Shown in pieces: positions 33,485 through 43,939 of a DNA stretch of 45,570 nt. Within the stretch, counting starts at the first letter, position 1; every line of letters begins with the position of its first letter. A program made the translations under genes and the position numbers. The notes under the pieces are model-generated. The model made no database searches and was not told the origin of the DNA. It saw only the letters and a list, made by a program, of their open reading frames with translations. Source of the DNA: a virus (lineage: Duplodnaviria; Caudoviricetes); IMG/VR virus record IMGVR_UViG_3300027740_000116, positions 1-45,570 of that record; one strand, written 5' to 3'.

Positions 33485-34636
33485 TTAGGCGCTTTCGCTG
33501 AACTCCAGGACGGCGCCGTGCGAGTTGTTGTAGGCGATCACCAGGCCGTACTCCCCCACCACCTGCCCGAACGCATCCGTGTCCTTGGTCTTTGCCAGCC
33601 GCTCATAGAAGAACGAATCGAACGGATAGTAAGCGATATTCTCCAGCGAGAGCATCCACAGCTGCCCGGAGGGGCAGAGGCGGTCCACAACCACGTCGAT
33701 GATCTTCCCTGTGATCGGGTTTTGTAGTTTCTTGATGAGCACGCCGCCCAGCTGCTCGGAGCGCTCCGTGGAGACATAGTCCTCGTAGAACTTGTTGATC
33801 TTCCGCTGCGCGAACGCTCGTGTCAGGAACAGTCCCGGATCGCCGCCATCGTCGAAGATATTTTGCAGTGTGTCGTGGATATGATCCTCGGTCAGCGCCA
33901 GGGCTGTCCCGCCCGTTGCGCTGGTGTTGGTTGCATACGTCACATTCCCGCTGATGAACGAGGGGAACCCGCCGCAGCGCCGGCCTTCCGACGCCGAACC
34001 GACCGCCGACTCCATGATGTACGGCAGCTTGCAGAGATCCTGCATCAGCTCGTCCATATACTGGTCGATCCAGTAGTCCTCCCAGTTCGAGATGCCGTAC
34101 TCCAGGATCTTGCCTTTGGTGCGGGCGACCTCCACCGTCCTTTGCAGGATCTGGGTATAGTTGCTTTGTGACGAAACCTCGTTGCGCGGGCTGTCGTCGG
34201 CAGAGGCGCCGTCGATGCGGGCGCGTGAGGTCCGCGTCAGGGTCAAGCTGTTGGCGTGGGTCGCCTGCGAGCCGTAAATATTGCGGACGATGGTCATGGT
34301 CGTGGTGGACTTGCCCGTCACCAGCAGACCCTCGCCTTGGCACTCCCAGACGTCGCCCACCTGCCACAGATCCGCATCCGTCACGACCATGGTGGTCGTG
34401 GTGGAATCTGACGCGAGGCCGGATGCAAGCGTGTCGGTGCGGTCGTTGTAGGTTGCTTCCAGCCAGTCATATTGCTTGTTGCCCCGGTTCTGGAACTGGA
34501 ACTTACCCATGTCCGTCCCGAGGTAGCTGTACGTTTTGATGTCGTTTGGTTCGATCCGCAGAATGCGGTCTGTCACCATACGCTTATCAGGAACGGTGTC
34601 CTGATAGGAATTGAGCTGCCCGATTTGGCTAGCCAT
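33485..34636 (-). CDS. Major capsid protein (SU10/DUF5309-like)
   Basis: 383 aa after the scaffold; YDWLE, SNYTQILQRTVEV, R.CGG...FI, VVVDR.CP, LAKT.D....QVVGEYGL. Confidence 0.85.
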   Translation of the reverse strand: MASQIGQLNSYQDTVPDKRMVTDRILRIEPNDIKTYSYLGTDMGKFQFQNRGNKQYDWLEATYNDRTDTLASGLASDSTTTTMVVTDADLWQVGDVWECQGEGLLVTGKSTTTMTIVRNIYGSQATHANSLTLTRTSRARIDGASADDSPRNEVSSQSNYTQILQRTVEVARTKGKILEYGISNWEDYWIDQYMDELMQDLCKLPYIMESAVGSASEGRRCGGFPSFISGNVTYATNTSATGGTALALTEDHIHDTLQNIFDDGGDPGLFLTRAFAQRKINKFYEDYVSTERSEQLGGVLIKKLQNPITGKIIDVVVDRLCPSGQLWMLSLENIAYYPFDSFFYERLAKTKDTDAFGQVVGEYGLVIAYNNSHGAVLEFSESA

Positions 34637-34667
34637 TTTTTCTACTCCTTAGCGGCCGCTAAAGAGT

Positions 34668-35345
34668 TTAGGCAAAAGTTACTGCATCGATGTTGACGCC
34701 CTTTTTCCTGTACTCCTCTTTGAGCGCAGTTCTCTGAGCGTCTCCTGCCCTTCCTCTCGGCGCGGCCAGCATTTTTGTTTGATATTCGGTTGTGAGCGCT
34801 TCGACGCTCTTCTCTCCGCCGGCACTCAGTCCGCCTGAGGGCGGTAGGGCCCCGGCAGGGCCGGCGGGTTTGGTGCTTGCCTGAGTGACCTTCAGCTTCG
34901 CCAGCTCCGCGATCAGCTGCGAGGGTTTACCCTCGTATGCCTTTTTTAGAGCCGCGACCGCGACATCATTCTCAGGAAAGTCCATTGCTTTGACAACGGT
35001 TTCGACATCGAAGCTCGGTTCGCTCGGCAGCTGTTTGCCATCAGCCGGAGCGATCGGCGCGCTCTGGTCTGCCAGCACTCGGTCTATCAAAAGTTCGCGA
35101 TGGATCGCGCCTTCATCAAGGCCTTTTGCGTTCAGTTCCAAAATGCGCTTTACGTCGTCTCGGACCTGACCGATCTGCTTATCGGTGCCCTTTTGGAGGC
35201 CTTTGAGTTGCTTTTCGGCTGCGTCGAGGCGCTGCACCAGAGCTAAAACGTCCTCCTTTGAAAGTTGGCCCGGTTCCTGTGAAGTAGCAGGCGTTGGCTG
35301 CGCCGGCTCTCCTGCGGTCGGGTTTCCATCGAGGGGAGTAGCCAT
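34668..35345 (-). CDS. Capsid scaffolding protein
   Basis: Disordered N-terminus and coiled coil; directly upstream of the capsid gene; AAAGGA RBS. Confidence 0.7.
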   Translation of the reverse strand: MATPLDGNPTAGEPAQPTPATSQEPGQLSKEDVLALVQRLDAAEKQLKGLQKGTDKQIGQVRDDVKRILELNAKGLDEGAIHRELLIDRVLADQSAPIAPADGKQLPSEPSFDVETVVKAMDFPENDVAVAALKKAYEGKPSQLIAELAKLKVTQASTKPAGPAGALPPSGGLSAGGEKSVEALTTEYQTKMLAAPRGRAGDAQRTALKEEYRKKGVNIDAVTFA

Positions 35346-35710
35346 GTTGTTATTTCCTTTCATATTCGATTGGTAAAATGCAAACAGCCGGACCGGGTGA
35401 CGGTTCGGCTGTTATTCACTTGGCTGGGCTTAGTCCACGACGCAGAGCGTCCGCGATGTCGCCCAGAAATTACACTTTATAATCCAAATGCCTGCCCTAT
35501 CAACATCTGCTCGGATTCGATCTTCCGCAAGGCTTCCCGGTAGCGATTATAGGCAGGCAATGCAGATTTCATTTTTCCCATCTCTCATCTTGAAATCCAA
35601 AAAAATGGATTGAAGCCGAGTTTTGGGTCGAAGTCTATGATCTCCATAACTTCGTCGGAGTATTTTCTCGCTCCGTAGGCTTTCAGGATTTCGTCCATGT
35701 CGCCATTCTA

Positions 35711-38700
35711 CTACGGCTGCCCGGTATTTGCAAAGGGGTTGGCGGCTGCCTGGGGTTGCTGCGCGCCATACCGCAGGGACAGGCTGGCGGTCCGGAGCAT
35801 GTCCTTGTAGTCGTAATAGCCCGCTCCCTTGGCGAGGTAATCCAGTTCCTTCTGCGCCCGCGTGGAAATCTTCCTGCCGTCGTAGGCATAGCTGGCGATC
35901 TCCTGCTGGAGCCACTGCGGCATCCCCTGCGAGACACTGCTCCAGGGCGGGATGGTCTCCTGGGGGCGGAGTTCCTCGAACATCGTCTCCTGCACGCCGG
36001 ACTGCGGGACGAAACCTTCCCGGAACTGCGCGCCCTTCGGGTTGGTGAGCTTCGAGCCGAATTCCATGAACGCCTTTTCGTTTTCCTTGTCCAGTTTGGC
36101 TTTGTCGGTCCAGAAGCGCCTGAGCTCCGGGTGCTGGCTCAGGTAGCCCCTCTGGTTGGTGGCGTCATAGTAGGCGGTCTGGATGGCGTAGATATCCCGC
36201 CCGTACCTGGTCTCCAGTTCCTGGCGCACCGCGCCGGACAGGTAGGCTTCGAGATTGTCGATCCCGCCGTAGTAGGCAGACAGCAGAGGGGAGGAGGCGA
36301 TCGCTTCACCTTTCATCTGCAGGGCCGCCTGCACCTCCGGGTGCTGCGCTTTGAACTGGTCGGCGGCATCCTTGTCGTCGTCCCTGAGATCATAGTAGTG
36401 CGAGACCATGTCCCACACGCCGCTCTTGAGCACCTTGCCGCGCGCATCCTTCTCATAGGGCATCCCGAGCCGGTTGGATACATCCTCCATTGCGTCCTTA
36501 TAGCCACTGCGGGCATCGTCCCACTCCTGGCGCGTGGCATCCTCCGGGATCGCCAGCATCGTGGCAATATTTACAACCGCCCTCATAAAGTCCTCTTTTT
36601 CACCCTTTGTGAACTTTACTTTCGGGTCGGTAAATCCCTTAGACGCGTAGAACTTCGAGATGTCGTCATTCGAGGACCCAATAGCTTTGAACACGTCGCC
36701 CATCTCGCCGGGCGGCAGCCTCCCCAGGACGCTGTAGGTATAAGCAGCGTCGCGCTTGTCGCCGCCCTTCTTTGCCAGCAGCACCGTGTCCATCATCCCC
36801 GGCGGGTAGCTGGAGCGGATCTGTTCGTACTGCTCCTTGAATTGCTCGCTCGTCAGGGTGTCGGACATCGCCCAGAGTTCATTCAGGTCGGTGTACATCT
36901 GTTCTATCGTCACGTCGTTGGTCGAGCGCGGCTTGAAACCCACCCCCAGGAAGTAGGAGGAGATGGAGGAGGCTGCCCGCGACTGGATGGCGAGCCGGTA
37001 AGCCTCGTCCCACGCCGGCCCCTCCTGCGCCTGGAACTGCTCCTGGAGCTCCTCGGCGGTGTACCGCCCTTCCCGGATCAGTTGCGCGGCGGCGTAGCCC
37101 ATCCGCCCGCGCTCGGTGGAGTCGATCCCACCGGAGAAAAAGTTCACTGCTGGATCGAGTTCCACCGGCTTCCCGAAGAGCGAGGTCACGGCTTTGACCT
37201 GGGCGGTCTCGGGGATCAGTCGGCTGCCCCAGCGTGAGGCGGCGTCAGCCTCGCCATCCATGAAGAGCTTGGCGGCGATCGCCATCTGGATCGGCGCCCA
37301 CATGGAGGGACCGAACTTCCCCATGTCGTCGATCGAGGCGGTCACGGCGTTCGTGCGCTTGGCGGGGTCATAGAAGTCTGTGCCGGTCAATCCGTAGAGC
37401 GGGTTGAAGGTCGCCTCCAGGTTGAGGAAGAACGGGTGGTCGGTCTGGATGCCCAGGAGTTTGGTCACGTCGATCTGCTGCTTATACCAGGCCGGCACAT
37501 CCTTGTTGATCTCCTCCAGCGCCCTCTTGTACTTCCCGTAGCCCGCCAGGATCTCGGGGTGAGTGGCGACACGGGAAATCCAGTTCGGGTAGGAGTGGGT
37601 ATAGTAAAAGTGGTAGGGCATGACATAGGAGAGCGCCACGTCGCCGTAGGTCTTCGCGCCGTAGTTCAGGAGGGTGAAATTCCTGTTCTCCTCGGCGATG
37701 CGCAGGGCGATGGCTTTCATCTCTGCCATCTTTGGTGTGACCTCGGTCTGGATACGGGCGAGGGCGCGCTCCAGCTCCGGGGAGGCGGTCATCGCCTCGT
37801 CGGTCTGCCCCCACAGTTCGAGGATATTGTTCTTGATCCGGTCCAGGGTGTACTTCGCGCCCCGTGCGCTCTCGTTCCAGGCGCGCGGCAGGGACGGCTG
37901 TGAGCCCAGAGGGTGGGGAGGCGGGACGGCGATCCCGGCGGCGGGCGGCAGACCCTTCTCCTGCCGCAGCTGCTCGAGCACGTTCATGACTTCGTTCGTC
38001 GGCACGTCCTCGATCTTGGCGAAGGCTTGCGCCCCCGCCGGCAGTTTGTTGTTGATCGCCTGTAGAATCTCTTCCGGCTTGACCCCGTACTGCTTCGCTG
38101 TGTACGCGACGTCCGCGCCCGGGCGGATCCGGATCAAACCCTTTTCGAATACACCGGAGCGCAGCGCCTGCGCCTGCTGGGTGAGGTGCCGGGTGCGGAC
38201 GGCCATGGACTTCAGTTCGGTGGCGTCCACCACGCTGCCCATCTGCTTCAGAACCGTCTCGCTCTCGCCCACGATCGCGTCGAAGGAGGCGTTCCAGGTC
38301 TCGGTCACTTTGGCGAAGCGCTGCCCCCAGAGTTCCTTGAGCAGAGATTGCTTGTTCAGATCCAGCGGCGGCTCGCCCATCAGACCCGCCCTGCTCCATG
38401 TGGACTTCAAAAACTCGGGGGTCGGGTTCTTCTCGGCTTTGATCGCATCGTTCCAGCGCCAGGCGTCGGCGGTGATCGTACGCGTCTCTCGGGCGGTCGC
38501 GGGGGCGGCCTTGCGCAGGACTTCTCGGACCCGGTTCATCTCCTGCCCGACGCGCTGCGCCTCGACCGTCTTGCCCTCCTGACCCAAGGCGTTCATGGCT
38601 TTCAGTGCCACATCGTCGAGCAGGGTCTGGTACTCCAGGCGCGCCTGCTCGGCGCCTTCCATGATCGCCGTGAAGACCTGTTGCTGCCCGGGGTCGAGGT

Positions 38701-41149
38701 GGCCCTCTTCCACCGCTTTCATCAGGTCGCCCCAGGTCTCGGCGGCAGGGTGGTCGAGGCTCAAGCCGATGACGTCGCGCGTCGCCAGTTCACTGCGGCT
38801 GTCGATGCTTTTATTGAGCTTCTCGAAGACCTGCTCCACTTCATCGGTGGAGTTCGTGCCCCGCGCTGCCAGGTCCTCGATCTCGTCCCAGTACCCGAGC
38901 CCTTCCAGCCCGTCGCGTTCGAAATCGGAGACGTAATTCAGGTTGCGCCAGGCTTCCACCGCGCCGGTCTTGTAGAACTCACGCCAGGCTTTTTCTGTCC
39001 GCTTGACGTCCCCGTTGTTCTTCAGGAGCAGGGCGGCGTACTTATCCACCTGCTGCTGGGTCAGAACGCCCGCCTCGATCTCTTTGGAGAGGTCCGGCAG
39101 GGCGGCCGGGATCATCTTCTTGAAGGTGTCGCGTACGGAGGCGGCGACTACCGTGACCGCGCCGGACTCCTCGCCCTTCTCCATCAGCTTGCCGAAGCCC
39201 CAGGCGGGGCGGTCGGTCATGGCGCCGACCAGCGACTTGAAGCCGTGCGCCGATTCCGGCAGGTCTCCGAAGGCGTCCTTCAGGAAATCGACCTTGCTGG
39301 CTTTCGACCAGTATTTCCCATCCTTCAACCAGGCCGAGGGACCCATGTCCAGCAGGATCAACTCGTTGTTGGAGACCACGTTCTTGACCGCCACGCCGCC
39401 CTGCAGGTTGAAGTACAGGGGCGAGAGCACCTTGTTGATCGGGTTCTTGACCTTCGACAACGCGCTGTCGATCTTATTCAAATACTTGACATGGTTGGGG
39501 AGTTTCTCGAAAACCCGCGCCAGCTCGCGCGTGCGCTTCCCGACCTGCGCGCCGGTCCGATCCGCCTCCGCCGCCAGCTTCGCCGCCTTCCCCAGTTCCG
39601 AGACGTCCGGGAAATTGGAGGCCGCCGCGGCCGCCATGAGCTTTGTTGCCTGCTCTGCGAATTCAGCCGGATCGGAGACCCGCATGAGTTTCGCCAGGCG
39701 CGAGCCGTCCAGGACCCCGCTCTCACCTTCCAGCAGCCGGCGCACCAGGGTGAAGGCATCGACATAATCGTCCGAGAGCCAGATATTGGCGTTTGGTAAA
39801 TGGCTGAGACCCGCCAGTCCTTCCCGCACCACGTCGGCGCTCTCCGAGACCGACTTGGCACCGTGGAGCACCGCCTCGCCGATCGCGTCGTAGGACATGC
39901 CGGACTCTTTCAACGCCAGCGCCATGTTCCCCAGCAGGGTCTTGCCCTTGGTGATCGCCCCGTTGATGCGGGAGGTGGTGGTCAGGTCGGTGATCCCGTA
40001 GCGCACGCCCAGCAGTTTGCTTTTTCCGAGCGCGGCGGCGTTCGCCTCCAGCCTTGCATTCGTCAGGGCATCCAGCGCCCGGATGGCGGTCCCCTCGTCC
40101 TCCGCAGCCTGGACCACCCGCCACGCCTCCAGTCCCGCCTCGGTCTTGAGGATGTTGGAGGCGGTCAGGGAGTCGCGCGCCGCGTCCAGTTGCTTCGCAG
40201 TCTTGGTGGCTTTTCCGAACGCGCCCACCAGGTTCAGGGGGTCGAGCACGAGTTGCCCCACCAGTTCCGCCATGGGGTTTTGCAGTTCATGCGCCAGCAG
40301 GGCCGGGTCTTCGCCGCTCCGGTAGCGCCGCAGGAACTCCTCCTTCAGCATGGGGTCGAGCACCTGGCTGTACAGGATCCGCCCGCTCTGCCAGCCCTCC
40401 TCGATCTTCTGGGCGGCATACTCCCATTTGTTGTCCGAGGGGGAGAGAGCGATGCGCGCCGCGTCGTAGGCGATCGACAGGGGCGGCATAGCCTGCAGGG
40501 CAAGCCCGAACTCGTCGCCCCGCAGGCGCGGCAGGAGGCTGTCCAGCTCGCTGGCGGCTTCCCGGAAGCCCAGGTACGCTCCCCCCGCCTGCTCCGTCTT
40601 CTGCCCCCCGAGCGAGAAGAGGTCGCCAAGAGTCGTGACCGTCGCCCCGACCCCTTTCAGGATCGGCGCGAAGATCGAGCCCTGGTTGGAGGCGGTGATG
40701 TCCTGGTAGCCTTTGGAGACCGCCTCGCCGGCCGTGGAGAGTTGCTCGAGGTCTTTGTCGGAAAACCCGGTGACGTTGCCGGTGATCGCCTTCAACGGCG
40801 CGAGGGTTGCGTTCAGGTAGGTGCCGCCGAGCCCCTCCGCCTCCACGCTCTGCTTCCACCTCGCCTTGAGGTCGTCCCACTCGCTCTCGTCCACCTCCTG
40901 GACGTCCTTGGTGAAATTCCAGTGCCATTTCTTCAGGATGCCGGCGATGGAGTTGTCAAAGATCGGCTGCCCGCTGGTCGGGTCACGACCCACGGCGCCC
41001 GGGGGCAACTCCATAGGCTGCTGCGGGAGCGCGAGCGGCGCGGCCTGCTCCGTCTGTTTCTTTGGTTTCTGCGGCTTTTGCGCGCTGAACGGGTTGCCTT
41101 CCGGCGGCGTCTGTGTGGGGGAGACCTTCACGGCGAAGGGGTTGGGCAT
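35711..41149 (-). CDS. Very large alpha-helical protein, probable internal virion / DNA ejection protein
   Basis: 1812 aa, Ala/Glu/Lys-rich; LVLDPLNLVG motif common in large internal virion proteins. Confidence 0.65.
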   Translation of the reverse strand: MPNPFAVKVSPTQTPPEGNPFSAQKPQKPKKQTEQAAPLALPQQPMELPPGAVGRDPTSGQPIFDNSIAGILKKWHWNFTKDVQEVDESEWDDLKARWKQSVEAEGLGGTYLNATLAPLKAITGNVTGFSDKDLEQLSTAGEAVSKGYQDITASNQGSIFAPILKGVGATVTTLGDLFSLGGQKTEQAGGAYLGFREAASELDSLLPRLRGDEFGLALQAMPPLSIAYDAARIALSPSDNKWEYAAQKIEEGWQSGRILYSQVLDPMLKEEFLRRYRSGEDPALLAHELQNPMAELVGQLVLDPLNLVGAFGKATKTAKQLDAARDSLTASNILKTEAGLEAWRVVQAAEDEGTAIRALDALTNARLEANAAALGKSKLLGVRYGITDLTTTSRINGAITKGKTLLGNMALALKESGMSYDAIGEAVLHGAKSVSESADVVREGLAGLSHLPNANIWLSDDYVDAFTLVRRLLEGESGVLDGSRLAKLMRVSDPAEFAEQATKLMAAAAASNFPDVSELGKAAKLAAEADRTGAQVGKRTRELARVFEKLPNHVKYLNKIDSALSKVKNPINKVLSPLYFNLQGGVAVKNVVSNNELILLDMGPSAWLKDGKYWSKASKVDFLKDAFGDLPESAHGFKSLVGAMTDRPAWGFGKLMEKGEESGAVTVVAASVRDTFKKMIPAALPDLSKEIEAGVLTQQQVDKYAALLLKNNGDVKRTEKAWREFYKTGAVEAWRNLNYVSDFERDGLEGLGYWDEIEDLAARGTNSTDEVEQVFEKLNKSIDSRSELATRDVIGLSLDHPAAETWGDLMKAVEEGHLDPGQQQVFTAIMEGAEQARLEYQTLLDDVALKAMNALGQEGKTVEAQRVGQEMNRVREVLRKAAPATARETRTITADAWRWNDAIKAEKNPTPEFLKSTWSRAGLMGEPPLDLNKQSLLKELWGQRFAKVTETWNASFDAIVGESETVLKQMGSVVDATELKSMAVRTRHLTQQAQALRSGVFEKGLIRIRPGADVAYTAKQYGVKPEEILQAINNKLPAGAQAFAKIEDVPTNEVMNVLEQLRQEKGLPPAAGIAVPPPHPLGSQPSLPRAWNESARGAKYTLDRIKNNILELWGQTDEAMTASPELERALARIQTEVTPKMAEMKAIALRIAEENRNFTLLNYGAKTYGDVALSYVMPYHFYYTHSYPNWISRVATHPEILAGYGKYKRALEEINKDVPAWYKQQIDVTKLLGIQTDHPFFLNLEATFNPLYGLTGTDFYDPAKRTNAVTASIDDMGKFGPSMWAPIQMAIAAKLFMDGEADAASRWGSRLIPETAQVKAVTSLFGKPVELDPAVNFFSGGIDSTERGRMGYAAAQLIREGRYTAEELQEQFQAQEGPAWDEAYRLAIQSRAASSISSYFLGVGFKPRSTNDVTIEQMYTDLNELWAMSDTLTSEQFKEQYEQIRSSYPPGMMDTVLLAKKGGDKRDAAYTYSVLGRLPPGEMGDVFKAIGSSNDDISKFYASKGFTDPKVKFTKGEKEDFMRAVVNIATMLAIPEDATRQEWDDARSGYKDAMEDVSNRLGMPYEKDARGKVLKSGVWDMVSHYYDLRDDDKDAADQFKAQHPEVQAALQMKGEAIASSPLLSAYYGGIDNLEAYLSGAVRQELETRYGRDIYAIQTAYYDATNQRGYLSQHPELRRFWTDKAKLDKENEKAFMEFGSKLTNPKGAQFREGFVPQSGVQETMFEELRPQETIPPWSSVSQGMPQWLQQEIASYAYDGRKISTRAQKELDYLAKGAGYYDYKDMLRTASLSLRYGAQQPQAAANPFANTGQP

Positions 41150-41998
41150 TTAGCCGCTCCCCAGGTGCAGGTCGAGCACCGTCTGTGGGGTCGTGCCGGC
41201 GACGGTCGGCTCGGCCGGCGCGGCCTGCCGCACTAGGTTGGTGCCCGAGGCGCGCTCCCCGTAACGGCGCTGCCTCTCCCGCTTCCACTGGGCGCGCGCC
41301 CATTTCAGGTTCGTGGTAAAGCGGCTCTGCCTGTTCTTGGCGTTGCGCCGCCAGATGAAAGTATGAAGGCTCGGGTTGGTCTCCCAGTTGTTGCCGGTTT
41401 GATGCACGTTCGCGGCAGCGGAGGAGCCCTTCTTGACCCACATCGCCGTCGCCTGGTTGTACACGTAGCCGTTGGCGACCATCAGTTCCGGCGTGGCCGG
41501 CACCCCATTGATCGTCAGCAGCGGCATGACCACGCCCGGGATGGTATCGGGCGGGACCGGAGCGGTCTGGATGGCTTTCGCCTGGTTACGCAGATTTTGC
41601 ATCGCCGGGTCGCCGCGCCCCTCGCCTGTGGGCGCCGTCTGCGGGTAGGGAGCCGCGAACGGCAGGGCAGTGGAGGACGGGTTGGCGCCCACCTGGTAGC
41701 CGCGCCCGCGCATGGCAGTGTTGTAGCTGGTCGGCTCCGTCTGCGGGTTCAGGCTGATATAACTGCCCTTGGGCGGGACGATCAGCATGTTATTGTTTTT
41801 TTGCAGCTGGGTCTCTGCGAGGCCGTTCTGCTTGGCGATGGTCTTGAAGGTATCCCCGGCCTTGACCTGGTAGGAGGCGGGCAGGGCCGGCTGCACAGAT
41901 TGCGCATAGGGATCATAGGGCTGCGGGTTCAGGAGGTTCTTGAGCCAGTCCACGACCCCGGAGACCGGGTTTTTGGGGGAAGTATTGGGTGGGAACAT
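41150..41998 (-). CDS. LysM-domain protein
   Basis: YQVKAGDTFKTIAKQNGLAETQLQKNN...PKGSYISL; remainder P/Q/A-rich. Confidence 0.8.
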   Translation of the reverse strand: MFPPNTSPKNPVSGVVDWLKNLLNPQPYDPYAQSVQPALPASYQVKAGDTFKTIAKQNGLAETQLQKNNNMLIVPPKGSYISLNPQTEPTSYNTAMRGRGYQVGANPSSTALPFAAPYPQTAPTGEGRGDPAMQNLRNQAKAIQTAPVPPDTIPGVVMPLLTINGVPATPELMVANGYVYNQATAMWVKKGSSAAANVHQTGNNWETNPSLHTFIWRRNAKNRQSRFTTNLKWARAQWKRERQRRYGERASGTNLVRQAAPAEPTVAGTTPQTVLDLHLGSG

Positions 41999-43939
41999 TT
42001 AGCCTCCGATATTCCTGCTGCTGCGGTCCAGGCCGCTCACGGCTTCACGTGTGAGGCCGGGCATCATATTGGTGCTCGACATCCCGCCGCCGGGCGGGTT
42101 GAAGCCCTGCATTCCCTGGTCGCCCAGAGGTCCGAAGGCGGTCTCGGACAAGCCTCCGCCGGGAGCAGGCATTCTGGTCGCGGGTTCGGCGGTCTCGGGC
42201 GGCTGCGTTTCATTCATGCCCTGCTGCATCTGCAGCTGGTCGCGCATCTCCGCCTGGCGCATTATGCTGGCGAGGGCAGCCTGCACATCGGCGTCGGTGA
42301 AGTCCTCCAAAATCCTTTGCTGTTTCAGGAGGTCCACATTCTTGTACCCCAGGTGCTGGAGCAGTTCCTTCCAGGGCAGGGGGGACTTGTCATGCAGCTG
42401 GATAGCGGTCAGGACCTGCTGCTGGAAGTCGGTCGGGGTCTTCGGGCGGATCTCGCAGAAGGCTTCGAAGTCGTAGGCATCGAAGTCAGCGTCGGTGATC
42501 ACCATCTGCTGGCCCGGCAGCATCTGCCGCCCGCCGATGTTCGCGCCGGTCTGACGGTACGCCAGGAGCGGGACGCGGTTGTGCTCGACCCACTTCATGT
42601 TGATCTTGGCGTCGTCGGCGCAGGAGAGTCCGATGTCGCGGCGCTGGACGTCCAGCCGCCCCATGACGATCTGGATGATGGCGTTGAGGGAAGCGAACGC
42701 CGAACCCTTGGCGGCGTTGATATCCCCCAGCGCGGTCGCGCCGGTCGTCCGCACGATGGAGGCGATCAGGCGGTCGACGATCCCGAAGGTGTTCGGGTCC
42801 ATCTGCGGGAAGGTCAGGCGCTGCACGCTCTCGCTCGGGCGCCCCACGATTACCCCATCCTTCTCTGGCAGTGTCTGCCCGTCCAGGCTCGTCTGGAGTT
42901 CCACCGCCCGCTCCAGTTCCGAGATGGGCTTCGAGAGCACGATGGACTGGATGATGTTCATCGTCTCCCAGATGTTGGAGTAATACAGCTGCGCCAGCAT
43001 GGGGTTGAGCTGGTACTTGGGGTTATCCTCGATCCGCGAGCCGCCCGTGCGCACGCTCCAGCCGATGAAGCCCTTCTCGTTCTCGCTGTCGGCGAAGATA
43101 ATGTCGTCCTCGTAGCCGCTCACGCCCCTTTTGGTCATGAAGGCCGTCGCGGCGTTGGTGTCAATGTCGGTCTTGTCCGGCGCGAAGTGCCCGTGCCGCA
43201 GGACCTGGTTGTGGTCTTCATAGTAATACTGGCAGAACCACAGGCTGCGTGTGTTGACGCCCGCACCCTGCTGCGCGTCCATGTAGGTCTTCATCTTGCG
43301 GCGCGCCTCCGCCACCCGCTTTCCATCGTCGGTGTCGTCCTCGTACAGCTCCCAGTATTTGTACACATCCCAGGCGCGCAGGATCTCCACTTGCAGGAGC
43401 GCGACCATCCCCATGTCCGAAATTTCAACATGGATCCCCTTGGGCTTGTAGACCCGGTGGATGAAGCGCCCGCCGGCCCAGGCGTCGCGCTGGTAGGGCG
43501 TCCACAGTTTGCGGTTCTTCGGCAGGATCGAAGCCAGGTCGTCCGTGCGCGTCGCGATCATGTTGTACAAAATGCTCGAGCGGGCTTTGTCGAAGAGCAC
43601 AGTGCCGGTGCCGCGCGCATTCGATTTCTCGAAGTTGCAGTCGAGCAGGTATTCGATCTTGTTGGCGCGCTCGTACTCGTCCAGGTTCGTGCCGTAGGGC
43701 GGCACGGTCCAGACCGGGCGGGTGTTGGAGAGAGCGATGGAAGCATTCTCGACCGCGTCCGCCGGGGTGCTATCCCGGATGGTGCGGATGTCCGGGCGCG
43801 CCTTCTTGAACTCGGCGGAGAAGTCCCAGTCCACCCTTGCCATCTTGTCGATGTAGTCGAACAGGGTATCCCGGTCACTGTCCTTGTCGATCAGGTCCTG
43901 TTCGTATTCGTAGATATAGTCAGGGGATTTTTTTGTCAT
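41999..43939 (-). CDS. Portal protein
   Basis: 646 aa directly after terL, with a Q/M/P/G-rich tail typical of podoviral portals. Confidence 0.8.
   Translation of the reverse strand: MTKKSPDYIYEYEQDLIDKDSDRDTLFDYIDKMARVDWDFSAEFKKARPDIRTIRDSTPADAVENASIALSNTRPVWTVPPYGTNLDEYERANKIEYLLDCNFEKSNARGTGTVLFDKARSSILYNMIATRTDDLASILPKNRKLWTPYQRDAWAGGRFIHRVYKPKGIHVEISDMGMVALLQVEILRAWDVYKYWELYEDDTDDGKRVAEARRKMKTYMDAQQGAGVNTRSLWFCQYYYEDHNQVLRHGHFAPDKTDIDTNAATAFMTKRGVSGYEDDIIFADSENEKGFIGWSVRTGGSRIEDNPKYQLNPMLAQLYYSNIWETMNIIQSIVLSKPISELERAVELQTSLDGQTLPEKDGVIVGRPSESVQRLTFPQMDPNTFGIVDRLIASIVRTTGATALGDINAAKGSAFASLNAIIQIVMGRLDVQRRDIGLSCADDAKINMKWVEHNRVPLLAYRQTGANIGGRQMLPGQQMVITDADFDAYDFEAFCEIRPKTPTDFQQQVLTAIQLHDKSPLPWKELLQHLGYKNVDLLKQQRILEDFTDADVQAALASIMRQAEMRDQLQMQQGMNETQPPETAEPATRMPAPGGGLSETAFGPLGDQGMQGFNPPGGGMSSTNMMPGLTREAVSGLDRSSRNIGG

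Noticed and set aside
34649-34662. Palindrome TTAGCGGCCGCTAA containing the GCCGCTAA seen in the attC-like sites
   Set aside because: No R'' box or partner stem; it is only a short palindrome before the capsid RBS
35477-35698. Two short in-frame minus-strand ORF segments separated by one TGA (readthrough or recoding)
   Set aside because: TGA and TAG serve as ordinary coupled stops throughout the genome, and there is no suppressor tRNA or homology evidence
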